Below are positions 50,028 through 63,635 of a stretch of DNA of 64,000 nt, one piece after another. The stretch spans positions 1,947,620-2,011,619 of the forward strand of contig BDGG01000004.1 of the NCBI GenBank assembly GCA_001949185.1. The letters run 5' to 3'. Within the stretch, counting starts at the first letter, position 1, and each line of letters starts with the position of its first letter. The position numbers and the translations under genes were made by a program. The notes beneath the pieces are model-generated. The model had not been told where the DNA came from. It was given only the letters and a program-made list of their open reading frames with translations, and did not search any database. Source of the stretch: Ramazzottius varieornatus (taxonomy: Eukaryota; Animalia; Tardigrada).

Positions 50028-53000
50028 ATGTCCTTACTTTGCGTCACTGGTGAGTACTCTTTCCTGTACTTTTGTCGACTGTGCGGTCGGCGTCATGTCG
50101 AGCCCGGTGCACAGAATTTGCACTAATACTTGGCCATATTTTTAATGGTTGTTGTCGTCTGTGCTTGAATTGGGGTGCAGTGATGTGGAATGACTGTATG
50201 GGTGCAGGACGATGACAACTTACCCACCAAATTCAAGAATCCTACACACTTGCTCCTTTTTCATTTGATTTGTAATCTTTGGACAAAATTAAAAAATTGC
50301 ATTTTGCTTTTCAGTGAAGAGAGGACGACTGAACGGGCCTCCAGGTACGACAAGGATTGTGTTAACAGTTATGGTAAAGGGTGTCACGCCGTCAAAAGGA
50401 GAAAACGCACACGTGTGTCAAAACTGCTGTTCCATAGCTCTTCAAAATCCGCCAGTATTTTTTTCCTGTATTTTTATGCGACTTTTTTCCAGTTCGAAAA
50501 ATTGACTGGCTAGAAAGAGATGAGATATTCTCTCCAAGTCTTCCAAAATTGCGTGAAAACGTCTCCCTGAAAGGCTGAACCTAGAGTAAATCTCTCGAAC
50601 CCAATCCAATTAACCTACGATAAATGTGAAAATACCGAGCCAAGTTTATTGTGCAGTGCATAACTCACGAGTTCCCCCGAACGGCCATTCTTCCTTTTGT
50701 TTTCGGTAGTAATTCCCGCCTAATCAATGGCGGTTACGCACAGTCGCAGACGTGGTTGGTAAAGTGATAGTACTTGTGCTAAATTTGCTCCTTGCAATTT
50801 CAGACCGATTTAATACATACGTCACACTGAAACTTGAGAATGTGAAGAGCACAACAACCGCGGTGAAAGGATCTCAACCATGCTGGGAGCAGGAATTTAT
50901 ATTGTAAGTGCTTTTGGAGACCCAGTTGCAATGTTAAATACCGATAATCAGGTGGGAATCGGCTGTGGGGCTCAAAGCGCCTAAAGTTGTTTTGAGTGGG
51001 TGTATTTTCATGTACGGTTCTTGCACCAGCTTTTTTATACCGCTGTCACGCTCTTATCGATCGTTTTCTGAAAATGAGATATAAATTGGTCAGGAAGACA
51101 AGTGATTCGTGAAATTTGCCGAGATTTCCGTGCTTTCGAACGGTTCCAACTTTGGCTCTCGATAACGTTCTTCCTTACCGTTTCTGAGCGGTACCTTCTA
51201 TACAGTAAGACGTGTTTTTATCGCAGCGAAACGAATCGACTGGACACCGGCCTGGCTATCGAGTTGTGGAACAAAGGGATGCTATGGGACCGGCTGATCG
51301 GGACTTACTGGTGGCCTTTGATGTCCATCCCGCATTCTAATGTCGAAGGACCCGGCAAGTGGATCTTTCTGGACGTCGAGTTCAATCTGCATGATGGCGA
51401 GGTGGTGGGCACGCACTTTCCTTCGGGTCACAGCCTTCACATCGACAGCCGCTTTGAACTGCCTAATGGTATCATTACGTAACTTCTCTTGTGACATGAA
51501 CAGTTCTCATTTTGAATTTGGAATATGCATGAATTTCCTTAATCTGATCCTCATGTTTACAGACATACCAGAGGCGGAGGCCATGGAGCTCCAGAAGAAA
51601 CTGGCCGTGCTCAATCAAATTATGGACCAAGAGCTGCAGACCATACAAAAGCAACAGCGCCAAAAGGCACCCTACGTGCAAAATGGTAAGTCGCATCTTC
51701 CTTGATTTTTTCAATTAACAAAAGACTACCAAAAGCTTAGAACTCATTGTTTTGGAAATCCGTCGTGCTTCACGATATATTATTTTGTTTTACCATAGGC
51801 ATCTCGGAAGACTCCGATTACACCAGTGACGTCAACTTCCCCGTGCATCACCATCATCAAAACAGCTCAGCTAGCCAGTACGCCAGTTCCTTTCGCCGAA
51901 CCGATCGTCCTCCAATGCAGAAACAACGCTCAGCTCTGCCGCCTTACTATCCTCCGGTAGTCAACAAAGCTCCCAGTTTCGAGGACAGTAGTTTCGAAAC
52001 GCAGTATCCACCTGAACAGCACGGCCATGACAGGCATCAGTACCCCGAAGACACACGCTCGGTCCACCGCAGCAACAGTAATGCCTCGGAAGTTCTCTAC
52101 TACAACAGTCGCCCGAAAGACAGGTACAGTCTTGGTGAAAGCATGTATTCTTTGACTGTTCTTCGGTTCTCTTGTAATGGGCTTTCTTCTTGTTGAAACG
52201 TAGGCTTCACCCAGCTTACCAAGATAGGTACGATCTCAGTTTCATATTCACTAAAAAGCAATCAGGCAAATATTTCTGTTTCAGCCGTACTCCCTCGCCG
52301 GATGTACCGGCCTATCAGGATGAGCCTTCACCCGTCGAAGTCGATGATCGTCGGATGGATGGAAGATACAGTAGACCCTCGTTGGGTTACGGCAATTTTC
52401 CCGATCGCCAAGAAAGGTGAATGTGGCTTCTACATTCAGTAACTAACAGTGATATTGTTCCGATGGGAGTTTTGTGTTTTATGGTTATGCTTGTGAAAAT
52501 TACTAACTTACCTGGTGACTTTTCGTTAGACTTAGTTTTCAATCGGAGCAGTATTACGAAGAGGATGAGGGGGATCATCATGCGGACATCGCGTCGTTGC
52601 CGGAACGTCCTGATGATATCAGTCGCGATCGACGCTTTTCCAATCATCTGTCCGTCGAACACGATCGTTTAGACGACAACCTAGCTTCACCCGAGCCTTC
52701 CTACCAAAGTTCTTTCGAAAACCATGATGGAGTGCCGCATAGCTCGCGATATATTTCTGAGCGAGGAGATACGCTAGAGTCCACCTTCTCTCACCCCGAT
52801 TATCAGAGGTGCGAAACGGTTCCCTTGTTTCGATTCGCCAGTTTTATCAGAATTTCCTTTCGTTCTTTAGCGAGGAGCACTGGGACAGAAGTGAGGACCC
52901 GCCAGAAACCTTCAGACCCGGTTCGTCGTACGAGCAGGAGGCCGGCCTGTCCACAGACGAGACCATTCTGGGCATAGACCAGAACGAAAGCGACAGACCG

Positions 53001-56000
53001 GAAACAGTTACTCCTGCCTCGCCGCTGGTGCCTGAACAGGTGCTTTGTCCGCCCGAGCCGCTGGTGCTCTCTCCGCCTGAGTCAAAACCTCCGACCGTAC
53101 CTCAGGTTGTGGTGGAAGATACGGCACCAACCGAGGTGGCGCCACGTCCGCTTTCACCGGTGACCATCCTCGTCAATGGATCTCTGGACGGGCTCAAGTA
53201 CCAAGGAAGCGCCAAGATGCGCTGGCTGGGCGCCTACGCGAAGATCGCCGCACAGCTCAATCCGGTAAGTCTCCATTTCAGGATTTAACTTCATGAGAAT
53301 AGACAGAAGTATGGTACGGTGTGGGCTATAATGCAGTAAGAGCTACGTTAAAACCCTGTCAGGTAAACCGTCACTTCGTGATATGCTTGTCACCTCAGAT
53401 GAAACTCTTCTATACAGCGTGGTAATGCGGTTTATTCGCTTCGCGTAGGGGTACTCATTCTTCCATCTCTTTGCTCCCTGTTGGCATATGTCGTGGTGTA
53501 TTGTTGGGAAGTAGAGGTGGTACATGGGTGCAGGCAAGGGAAGCAGATACTTTGAGGTCTTCTTGCCGGAAGATGAGCCCGTGTTTGTCTACTGTTTCTT
53601 AACTCCTTAAGCACGGGACGGTAAACTCACTTTCCTGTCGCACACTAATTTCTGCGTAGCGAGATTCCAGCTTAACTTTGCACTGTACATCATATTCCCA
53701 AACTTTGGCCAATCGAAAAGGTGGTGATTGATTGAGTTTGGCAGCGCCCACCGACCTCAACCAGTTAAAACGAGGCGAAAATTAATTTCCCACTTCGTAT
53801 TCTGGAAGCATGAAATCGCGTCGTGCTCAGGGTGTCAACACAGTAGAACATCGTTGTTCAAGGTGCATGTAGACAAGTGAAATGAATAGTGCGGTTATAC
53901 ACACTATTCATTCGATCATTTGTGGACCGAAGAGTTTACACTTGAAAAATTGATCGATTAACAGTCGGTCGTTTGTTCTACATGGTCAGATGAAGGTAGA
54001 TGAGGCCTATTCAAAGGGTGAAGCGCAGGATGGAGAGCCACTATACTCCATCAAGTGGCTCGTCGTTTTTTTCCTTCGCCAGTCTGTACCACCTGCAGCA
54101 AAATTCATCAGAGGTTCCACCGGAAGTCAGTTAATCCGCACACAGCGACCTTTGTTATCAGAAGAAGCTGATGTGTTCATATTAACATCAGAGACGAAGA
54201 CTCAGATTACAAAACAGGAAGAGAAGTGCTGTTCAAGCTTGTAATATTTGAAATGGTGATAGCTGCAAAGCGTTTACAGAACCGAAGAAAACAAATCTCC
54301 GATATTTGCAAAAACGAGGCGATACGAACGGTTGACCCTACCGATGCATTCATTTACTGTAATGCTTCATGAACTTCGCGAAACACGTCATCATACGCGC
54401 GAAACATTCCTTAGGGGTTGGTAGGGCAAAATTGTCGGACCGGGTTTCAACAGCACGCGTATGATCACGTGCTTCGCGAAGTTCGTGTAGCATTACAGTA
54501 TATCGTGTAGCCGCACCCTGCGTGATAATCAACCTTTTAGGAAAACATTCCGCAAATGGTCCATATAGATAGCGTTACTTCCGGTACACGATATCACCTT
54601 GGAGGAATCCCGAACGTGTTTGTAGATCCAGACGATGGCTCTTGGGCTAAATGTTGTGTCTATTGAAAGAAAGCCGCTGAAGCAATAGTGTATAGTGACT
54701 TGCTGCGGAAGTAGCGATTGTGAAGCGACGAGTTCCTGTGATGGGCCGGCCCTGACAATCGGTCCAGGACGTAGTACCAGTAGCTAGCTAGCTAGCTGGG
54801 ACGCGTGCGGTGCTAACCAGCCTCCGATGATTGGCGGAAGACATCACTGAAAGCGTGTTAGACGGGGTGAGATGAGAGGGTGCCTACGCCGAAAGTAGAG
54901 GGGAATGCGCGACAGGCTAATAGCTGATCGTTTGTCAATCGTAAAACCCTGCAGGATCTTACTCTTTGACGGGGACGCGTACTGTAAGGTCGCTTCTTGT
55001 TACGTGTACATGCGCGAGCATTCACAGAAAGGAAACATCTCTGTGGGGACTCGTACGATTTGTAGAAAAAGCTGAGGCGTAGTTTTTGCCCATTTATCTT
55101 CGTTGTCAGCCCTCCTGACCTCGGAGTGAGACGCGGCGTTTCTCTGCTTGCTGATGCGTGTCTAGCGGAAGGAGGATGCGGACTTATCCTGTTAACGTTG
55201 GCGTGTAGGGCTAAGTTAGCTGCGAATTGCGTACTTTGTCGGTTGCACGCATGCATCGTAATGAGAGAACGTACATGTGTAAGGTTGCACTGCAATGTTC
55301 CCTCTTCCTCCCATTATCCGATCAATTTGGGGGACGTTATCTCTGTTGAGGCACTGGCCTGGCTATATTCAAGTACCGTTTACGTTGCTTCATCTGCTCT
55401 TTGAGCTCGCCAGCTCAGAGCTATTTACATCCCCGTGGTGCTCGAGTATTCTTGACTGATATATTCTCGATTGAAAGCAAATACGCGCCTACCTGTTTCG
55501 TCCTGGACGACGCGGATTGCTGCTGTATGCAAATGCGGAAGTAGAACGAAACGTTGCTTTCTGGATATTGTGTAATATGATAATTGCTGCTGACAGGAAT
55601 GGATATCCGATACATTTCTCCTCGATCTATCGCTTTACTTGCTGCCTATTGTCATGGGATTTGGTGTTGCGCGACGGAAGGGACGTCGCCGTATACAATT
55701 AGTCTGCGGGAGAAGGCCATCGTTAGAAGGGATAGTTTTTGAAAGGAGACCTTGATGGAAGTAGGGAGGTTGTATGGAAACGGGTGGTGAAGGAACCAAG
55801 CTGTTATCACGATGGAGCCGGCCTTGCCGAATAAGCCGTTTGTCGAGGACACGACGGTGAATTACACGGCAACTTCCTTTCGTGCCGATTTCCTTGCGTT
55901 TACCTCGTTGCTGCGAAATGTGACACACTTTCTTACGCCCAAGCCGGAGCGGAAGCAGGCGCGACAGCCGTCAGTCGAAGTACTCTTTCCCGTCCACCGG

Positions 56001-59000
56001 CTGAAGCGAACCCTCAGTTTATGCAGCATCCATCCCATCACGAAGCAGACTTCGACCTTCAGAAAATTGCGCTATTATGGCCGTCGCCGGAGACGGCGAT
56101 TACGCAGGCATTCTGTCAGCGAAGGCATGCGCCCATTACCCCGTCAAGCTTTCAACCCGCAGGAGCACCGCACCGGTAGACCGCAGTACAACAAGTTCAA
56201 ATCCCGCGTGCAGAAACTCAAAATAACTGTGAGGCCTTTCTTTAATCGTATGCTCGGTTCTACAAGTCAATGGACGGGTGTTAAGTGACCGAGAGAGCGA
56301 GTTTCGCCCGGCTGGGGAATCAGCAGGGAACATTGTCCTCTTTTTAACCTTCCTTCGAATTTTCAAAACCAAATTTTTTGCCGTCGTCAGTCGGTTTCCT
56401 GCAGTCTGTCTGGGTTTCTGGCTGATCATGAAACGAGGACGCGATTATGGTTTGCTCTACGATTGATTTCGATCTGGATTTGGTGATGTTTGATTCAATT
56501 ACGGAGAGACGTACTGTCAGCGCATATTGTCGATGCTAGGGTCGACCACGGTAATCCGTCGTGAAGAATTTTAATATGGATGTACAGTCAGCCACACGAG
56601 TCAGGGATATTCCGTCGTCCTCCTTCGCTTACCTGAATCTTCTGATCCAGTTGTTCGATTCTGATGATTCAAACACCATCGTTAGACGAGACTTCGTACT
56701 TTCTGACCACGGGACTATTGAGTCCGAACTTCAATATGTCATTAATTATCTGGTGAGGATGAGTGATCTGAACAAGGAAATGAGGGCTACTTTTGGATGC
56801 TTTTTCCTCGTCCCCGTCACGTGATGGTCTTAGGGAAAAACAGCCAATAGCACAATCATCATTCTACTAAGCGCATCGCGATCGAGAGAGATCTCCAGCA
56901 ATAAGTTTTCAGAAAAATTTTCCGTATGCATTCTGCAGCTTACTTATTCGAATTTCGAAGAAATCAAATGATTTTCACTGACCTCGCTCATTTATAAACT
57001 CTGCGTTATACGACTGTGCTTGTTGGGAAGAGCATTCTTGGTGCTCTCCAAACATGGTCCGTTCACAGATAGCGGACAAGCACGGAGAGAGATGATCAAA
57101 GTGAAAGGGTTTCGTCCATAAAATGTGTTGCAGAAAAGGTTGTATTAGACGCCATACAGAAAACTTTCGTGAACAAAAATTTGCTGACAGATCTCTTTTG
57201 ATGCATTTAGTAGAATGATGATTGCGCTACATTTTGGCTGTTTAGGTTTTTCCCTGAGACTGTCACTTGACAGGAAAATCATTCAAAAGCAGCTCTCATT
57301 CCCGTGTCCAGACCACCCATTCTCATCAAATGATATACTGAAGTCCCGACTCAATGGTCACGTGGTCAAAATGTATAAAGCAGAGCTGCGGAGCTATTTA
57401 CCTCGTTTCAGCTCGCGAGCTAAAATCTGCCTTTTTTCTTCGAAAACGTAAAACAGGGTTGTGCAGCGCACGAACCTGGATGAGCTTTTTGTAAAAACCT
57501 CGTAGAAGAAAGGCGAAAAGAGCTAAACGAGCTAAATAGCTCCGCAGGACTGCTGTTCAGATCATCAAAATCGGACAACGAGATCGGAAGATAAGCGAAG
57601 GAGGACCATGGGGTATCCATGACCTGTGAGCCTGGCTGTATGCCTGTATGGGGGTGCGTGGCTGTATGGTATCTGTTGAAGTCTGTACCCTGTTGGACGG
57701 TCTGTCGGCATATTGAATTTTGAACTGTAACATCTTTTCTGGTGAAAAACACATGTCGGTGTAATTGAATGAAACAGAACGCAATCGATTTGTCAGCCGG
57801 CGTAACTGTAACAATCCGTAAATACATATGTAAATTGGTCTTACGATGATTTCATTTCTGCTTTTCTTTTTGCAGAACAATTCCGCAGCCGGCGACAGCC
57901 AAAAACTGAATGGATCGTAAGTCTTCCACACTTCGTACTGTTTCAGAGGTTAAGAACATTTCCCCCCGGAAAATGAAGTGTTTGTTTTTTGTAGGGCTCA
58001 TGCGGATTCCAACCCTTTGTACAGCGGGATCGATGCCATGCCAGACATTCGTCGTCCTCGGCGAAAGAACAATCTTATTGGCGATATGGTGAGGAAATAC
58101 AGAACCGGTCTTTCAGTCTGTCAAATTAGACGATGTTGTTTAATTGGTTTTCTTCCCCTTCGTTCCGGAATACAGGTTCTTCAGGTAAGCTCACTTTAGT
58201 GGGGATCTCTTCTTGTTTCGGAAACAGTTTTGATTGTATGGAATGTGTTTGCAGACAATGGCAGCAAAGAAACGAAGTACTGCATTGACGGCCTTCGCTC
58301 GTCCTTCGCTCAACGACGAAGATCTGGTACGTGGAAATATTTCAGTCTGTCAACGCGAGCAAAATGACGCAAGGAAGATTAACTTATGGTTTCTTATGAA
58401 TCTGGTTCACTTTTAGAAACAACACGTATACAAGAAAGCGTTACAAGCGCTGGTCTACCCCATTTCCAGTACAACGCCTCATAACTTTTCACCATGGACG
58501 GCGACCTCGCCGACATACTGCTACGAGTGTGAAGGGCTGCTATGGGGCCTCGCGAGACAGGGTGTACGTTGCAGCGAGTGCGGCGTTAAGTGCCACGAGA
58601 AGTGTAAAGATTTGCTCAATGCCGATTGCCTTCAACGTGAGTACCCAAATCACGGGCCATTAGACGCCATTCGACCCTAAGATACTTATCACAATTTGTT
58701 GAATGATGCGAAAATACCATAAATTTGAAATAACATTAATTTACTTTCAGAATCAGAGATCCGCGCTCTGACCAGTTCAAGGAAATCGTCTTGACCACTG
58801 ATTCAATTTCGCCGTTTTTCTACGAATACTTCTGACGAGTTGGTGCCCAGCACGGCCTTGACAGGGTTTTCGTAGAATAAGGGCGAAGTTTTTTCGTACG
58901 ACTAGTGGCCGGGTCTCTAATGTGGATCGGGTTTGCAGGTGCGGCAGAGAAAAGCTCAAAGCATGGTGCCGAGGACAAGAAGGAGGGGATAGTGACAGCC

Positions 59001-62000
59001 ATGAAGGACCGCATGAAGATTCGGGAGAGGAACAAGCCGGAAATCTTCGAGCTGATACGGAAAGTCTTCGGCGTCGATAAGAAGAACCACGCGAACACTA
59101 TGAAGAATGTGAAGCAAGCTGTGCTGGTAAGTTGCCATCACTGCTGAAGTGGCGGGTGCGAGCCATGTAATCTTGGGCGTTTGACGCATCGATTTTGGTT
59201 GATAGGAGGGGACGGCTAAATGGTCGGCCAAGATTGCAATTACTGTGATATGTGCTCAAGGCCTTATTGGCAAGGACAAAACGGGCATGAGTGATCCTTA
59301 CGTGACAGTCCAAGTTGGAAAGACAAAGAAGCGGACCAAGACCGTCAGCCAGGAGCTGAATCCTCGCTGGGACGAAAAGTTTTATTTGTGAGACACGCTG
59401 TTCAATCAACATGTCATCATCACTCTGCGTACTTGACTCTTACTCTGTCCGTTCTTCCTTCCAGCGAATGCCATAATTCGTCAGATCGCATCAAGGTTCG
59501 AGTCTGGGACGAAGACAACGATCTCAAGTCCAAGCTTCGACAACGTTTAACCCGCGAATCGGATGACTTTCTGGGTCAAACGATTATCGAAGTGCGGACA
59601 CTCAGTGGTGAAATGGATGTCTGGTATAACTTAGGTATGACATACGACACAATCGTCAATCGATATTTTGATCGGCAAAACATACAGTCATGAATTTATT
59701 GATCGCTCACATGAGTGATGTTTATCCCGCAGAAAAAAGGACAGATAAATCAGCCGTATCCGGATCCATTCGGCTGCACATCAGTGTGGAGATCAAAGGC
59801 GAAGAAAAAGTTGCCCCGTACCACATTCAGTACACTTGTCTACATGAGGTACGTTATTGTACTCTTTCACGCTACACCATGTCCCTCAAACTTCCGCCCC
59901 TTCTTTATAGAACACTTTCTACTATTTGACGGAACAAGCTAACGGAGAGGTTCGTTTGCCAGCACCTAGCAAAGGTGACGAAGCATGGAAAGTCTACTTT
60001 GAGGAAACGGGCCAGGAAATTGTTGACGAGTTTGCCATGCGATATGGCATCGAATCGATCTATCAGGCTATGACGTAAGATTAATAGTCCTGACTTAGCC
60101 GGTGCGTCGGGATTTAGAAACATAAGTAATCTTTCCGATAGGCATTTCCACTGTCTTTCAACCAAGTACATGTGTCCCGGAGTTCCTGCCGCGATGAGTA
60201 CCCTTCTGGCCAATATCAACGCTTTCTACGCCCATACAACGGCGTCTTCGGCCGCGGTGTCCGCCAGTGATCGGTTTGCCGTATCGAACTTTGGCGTACG
60301 TATAATTGCCTTTCTCACCATAATCGACCACCACTAGAAGAAGTATCGCTCACTGAACGCCCTATCTCTACAGAAGGAGAAATTCGTGAAAATACTGGAT
60401 ACTTTGCATTCGGAGCTCAAGCGAGACCTACAAGCATATAGGGTTAGTCAATATTTCTTTCCCCAGTATTTCTTCATGGAGCAGGAAATTTTACTTCCTG
60501 GTTCGTAGACCAACTTTCCAGCGAGTAGCGTAGCGAAACTACACGATCTGAAGTCTACGGTTGACCTTCTCACAAGCATCACGTTCTTCCGGATGAAAGT
60601 GCAGGAGGTCGTGAACCCACCTCGGGCAGCCTCTGTCGTGAGAGAGTGCGCCGTGGCTTGCCTGGAAAAGACTTACGCCGAGTACTTCAAGAACTGCTAC
60701 GACATGTACAACCAAGAATTCCAAACGGAGGAAGGCAACGAAGGTCCTGTCACCCAAGAAATGAAAGAACCGCGTTTGGATAGCCTTACCTTCTGGCAGA
60801 ACCTGATCTCGCTGATAGTGGGCATCATTGAAACGGACCAACAGGCCTACGCATCCGTGCTCAACCAGTACGTGATTCTGGACCGGTAGTTCTTGTCCGT
60901 AGCAGCTATGCCGGTTATCATCTTATCTTCTTCATTCCAGGTTTCCTCAGGAATTCAACATTGGGCAACTAAGTGCCGCCACGATGTGGAAAGGCTTTTC
61001 TACCGACGTAAAGAACCACCTTGAAGGTTCGATGAGTCTGTCACCACTCTGAAAAAACAATAATACATCTGAGAGATCAATGTAAAATTACAATAACGAA
61101 AGTAAGGATGATCGTAATAATAATGAATAATCTTCGCTTGGATAGAACACGCCCAACACGGCACATGTCCGAACGTGGACTACATCAACCTTCACTTCAG
61201 GATCAAGTGGGTCTACAACACGTTCATTGCCGACGTGCCGCCGTACAAAGGTCAAGTGCCCAACTACCCCGCGTAAGTCACCCATAAATTTTTTTTTGGT
61301 GCTTTTGTAATTTATGTCGATTACCTGAACATGTCTGGCGCTGCAGGTGGTTCGAGCCGTTCGTGTTTCGTTGGCTGAATGAGAATGACGATCTCTCTAT
61401 TGACCAGATGAGGAAAGCATACGAGCGGGACAAGCGAGATGGGGTATGCTACGTTGTTATTCCAACAAATCAGCCTATCGATTATTCCATTAATTTTGTT
61501 CGACTAAGCAGCTGTCTGAATGATTGTAGTTTCAACCAAACTCTGAGCACTCGTTGTTCAGTACTTCGGTGGTGGACATATTCACGCAGCTCAACCAGTG
61601 CTTTGAAGTCATCAAAAAGCTGGAGGTGCCTGATCCGGAGATCGTTAAACGTTACATGACGCGCATCGCCAAGATCATCAATAGGGAGTTGGTTACGTAT
61701 GCCGACATTGTCAAGCACGAATACCCACAGTTCCTTCACAATGAGAAAATAGCCTGTACTGTCATGAATAACATACAGCAGCTGAGAGTGCAGTTGGAAA
61801 AGATGTACGAAGCCATGGGTGGGGAGAAGCTTGACCCGGAAGCCGCTGAGATCTTGAAAGAATTACAGAACAAATTAAATGTCGTTTTGGATGAACTCAG
61901 TCTGACGTTTGCTAATAGTCTGGAGCCACGGGTGGGCAAGAGTGTACAGGAACTGTCCAAGTGCCTGGCACAAGTCAAGGGCAACGAGAAGCAGCCCAGT

Positions 62001-63635
62001 GGCGCCCCTCGGACTACCGTCCAGAACGAAGCTGACGTCATTCTGGCCCCACTGATGGACTTCCTGGATGGGAGCTTGTCTACATACGCTCAGATGTGCG
62101 AGAAGACGGTTCTGAAGCGGTTGCTGAAAGAATTGTGGAAGTTAACCATCAAAGGCCTCGAGAAGATGGTCGTTCTGCCTCCACTGAGCGATTACAAAAG
62201 CGTGAGTCCTTCGTTATCCAAGAAAATTTATCAGTTGGTTTATTGAGGTTTTTAGCTAAACTAAAAAAGCGCTGTAAATTCTCGTCAAAGAAAATTACCT
62301 TACCAAAAATAAACGGTCATAATTGCGAGCTAGGTAGACAAATCGTACAACATCGTTGTCCCCAGTGGCGCAAATCTTTATTGTTAGTCGCTGGAAAGCT
62401 GCGCCACTGAAGATACCAGTCTTGCATGGTTTCTTTGCCCATCTCCCAATCATTACAGTAACTTGAGCTATTTCCGGTCGGGAATGACCTTGGCATTGAG
62501 GTATCCTAAAAAACCCTTCGAGAGGCTGGTGACTGTTCTTGTTTGATAGATTCTGCCTACGGGGAAGGTCGAGGACATGTCGCGAATGGTACTGAACCAA
62601 GTCGTCACCGGTAAAGGCTTAAACCTAACGGGCGTCGTTGAGCAGCTGTCGAAAGAAATGGAGAAGTCGCTCTCGCCTCGACAGTGTGCCGTTGTGGATA
62701 TCGCGTTGGATACAATCAAGAGCTTCTTCCACGCCAATGGTCAAGGACTGAAGAAGTCGTTCCTCGAGAAGAGCCCCGAACTGCAGTCACTTCGTTATGC
62801 GTTATCGTTGTACACGCAAACCACAGACAGTCTAATCAAGACCTTCATCAAGACGCAGACAACACAAGATGCGCCAAGTCAAGAAGAAAGTTTCGGAGAA
62901 GTCAGCATACAAGTGGAGCTTTTCACCCATCCGGGAACCGGCGAGCACAAGATCACCGTTAAAAGTAAGCACACAAAGTATCTCAGTCAACACAGGATCT
63001 GTATTTTTAAATTATTTTTTTGCAGTCATTGCCTGTAACGATCTCAAATGGTCGACCACGGGAATGTTCCAGCCGTTTGTGGAAGTCTGCATCGTCGGCC
63101 CCCATCTCGCTGACAAAAAGCGCAAGTTTGCCACGAAATCCAAGAGCAACGTCACTTCGCCCAAATATGCCGAAAGCACTGTGTTGTAAGTAAAGCACAA
63201 CCGTACTGTAACATAAGACCGGTCTAACTAAACATTCGCTGTTCTTGCAGTATCTTGGGTAATGAAGACGAGCCAGACGCCTACGAACTCCACATTTCCG
63301 TCAAAGATTACTGCTTTGGTCGTGCAGATCGACTGGTCGGTACGGCAGTCCTACAGCTGAAGGACATCCTCGACCAAGGCAGCGTTGCCTGCTGGTGTCC
63401 GCTAGCCCGAAGGCTCCAGCTGAACGATACCGGCTGGACCATCCTCCGTATCCTTGCACAGAGAAATAACGACGAAGTGGCCAAGGAGTTTGTCAAGCTC
63501 AAATCCGACACGCGACAGGAAGCCGAGGTAGCTCCTCCAGCGCCACCAGCTGGTGCTACCACCGGCAAGCCAGCAGCATCGCCAAACGCTCAGCCCGCCA
63601 AAGGCCCTGCAGGACCGGTGAAGAAAGGAAAGTGA
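50028..63635 (+). CDS. unc-13: Unc-13/Munc13 vesicle priming factor, long isoform (C2A, CaM site, C1, C2B, MUN, C2C)
   Basis: MSLLCVTVKR...[16 protein letters not shown] (C2A), [12 protein letters not shown] (CaM), [23 protein letters not shown] (C1), [16 protein letters not shown] (C2B), MUN domain, and C2[11 protein letters not shown]. Confidence 0.97.
54357..54498. mobile_element. 142-bp MITE-like element flanked by TA in the large unc-13 intron
   Basis: 43-bp inverted arms CTGTAATGC...CATACGCG with 4 mismatches. TA at 54355-54356 and 54499-54500 is consistent with a Tc1/mariner-type TSD. Confidence 0.7.
55812..56228 (+). CDS. unc-13: Putative alternative first coding exon of unc-13 (short isoform lacking C2A)
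   Basis: ATG-initiated 139-codon open frame inside the ~4.6-kb intron. It ends ...KLKIT|GTGAGG in phase 0, matching the phase-0 acceptor of the common exon at ~57876. Confidence 0.6.
58176..58184 (+). other. unc-13: 9-nt microexon (VLQ) of unc-13
   Basis: tacag|GTTCTTCAG|gtaagc lies between the exon ending ...LIGDM and the exon starting TMAAKKR, and preserves frame. Confidence 0.72.
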
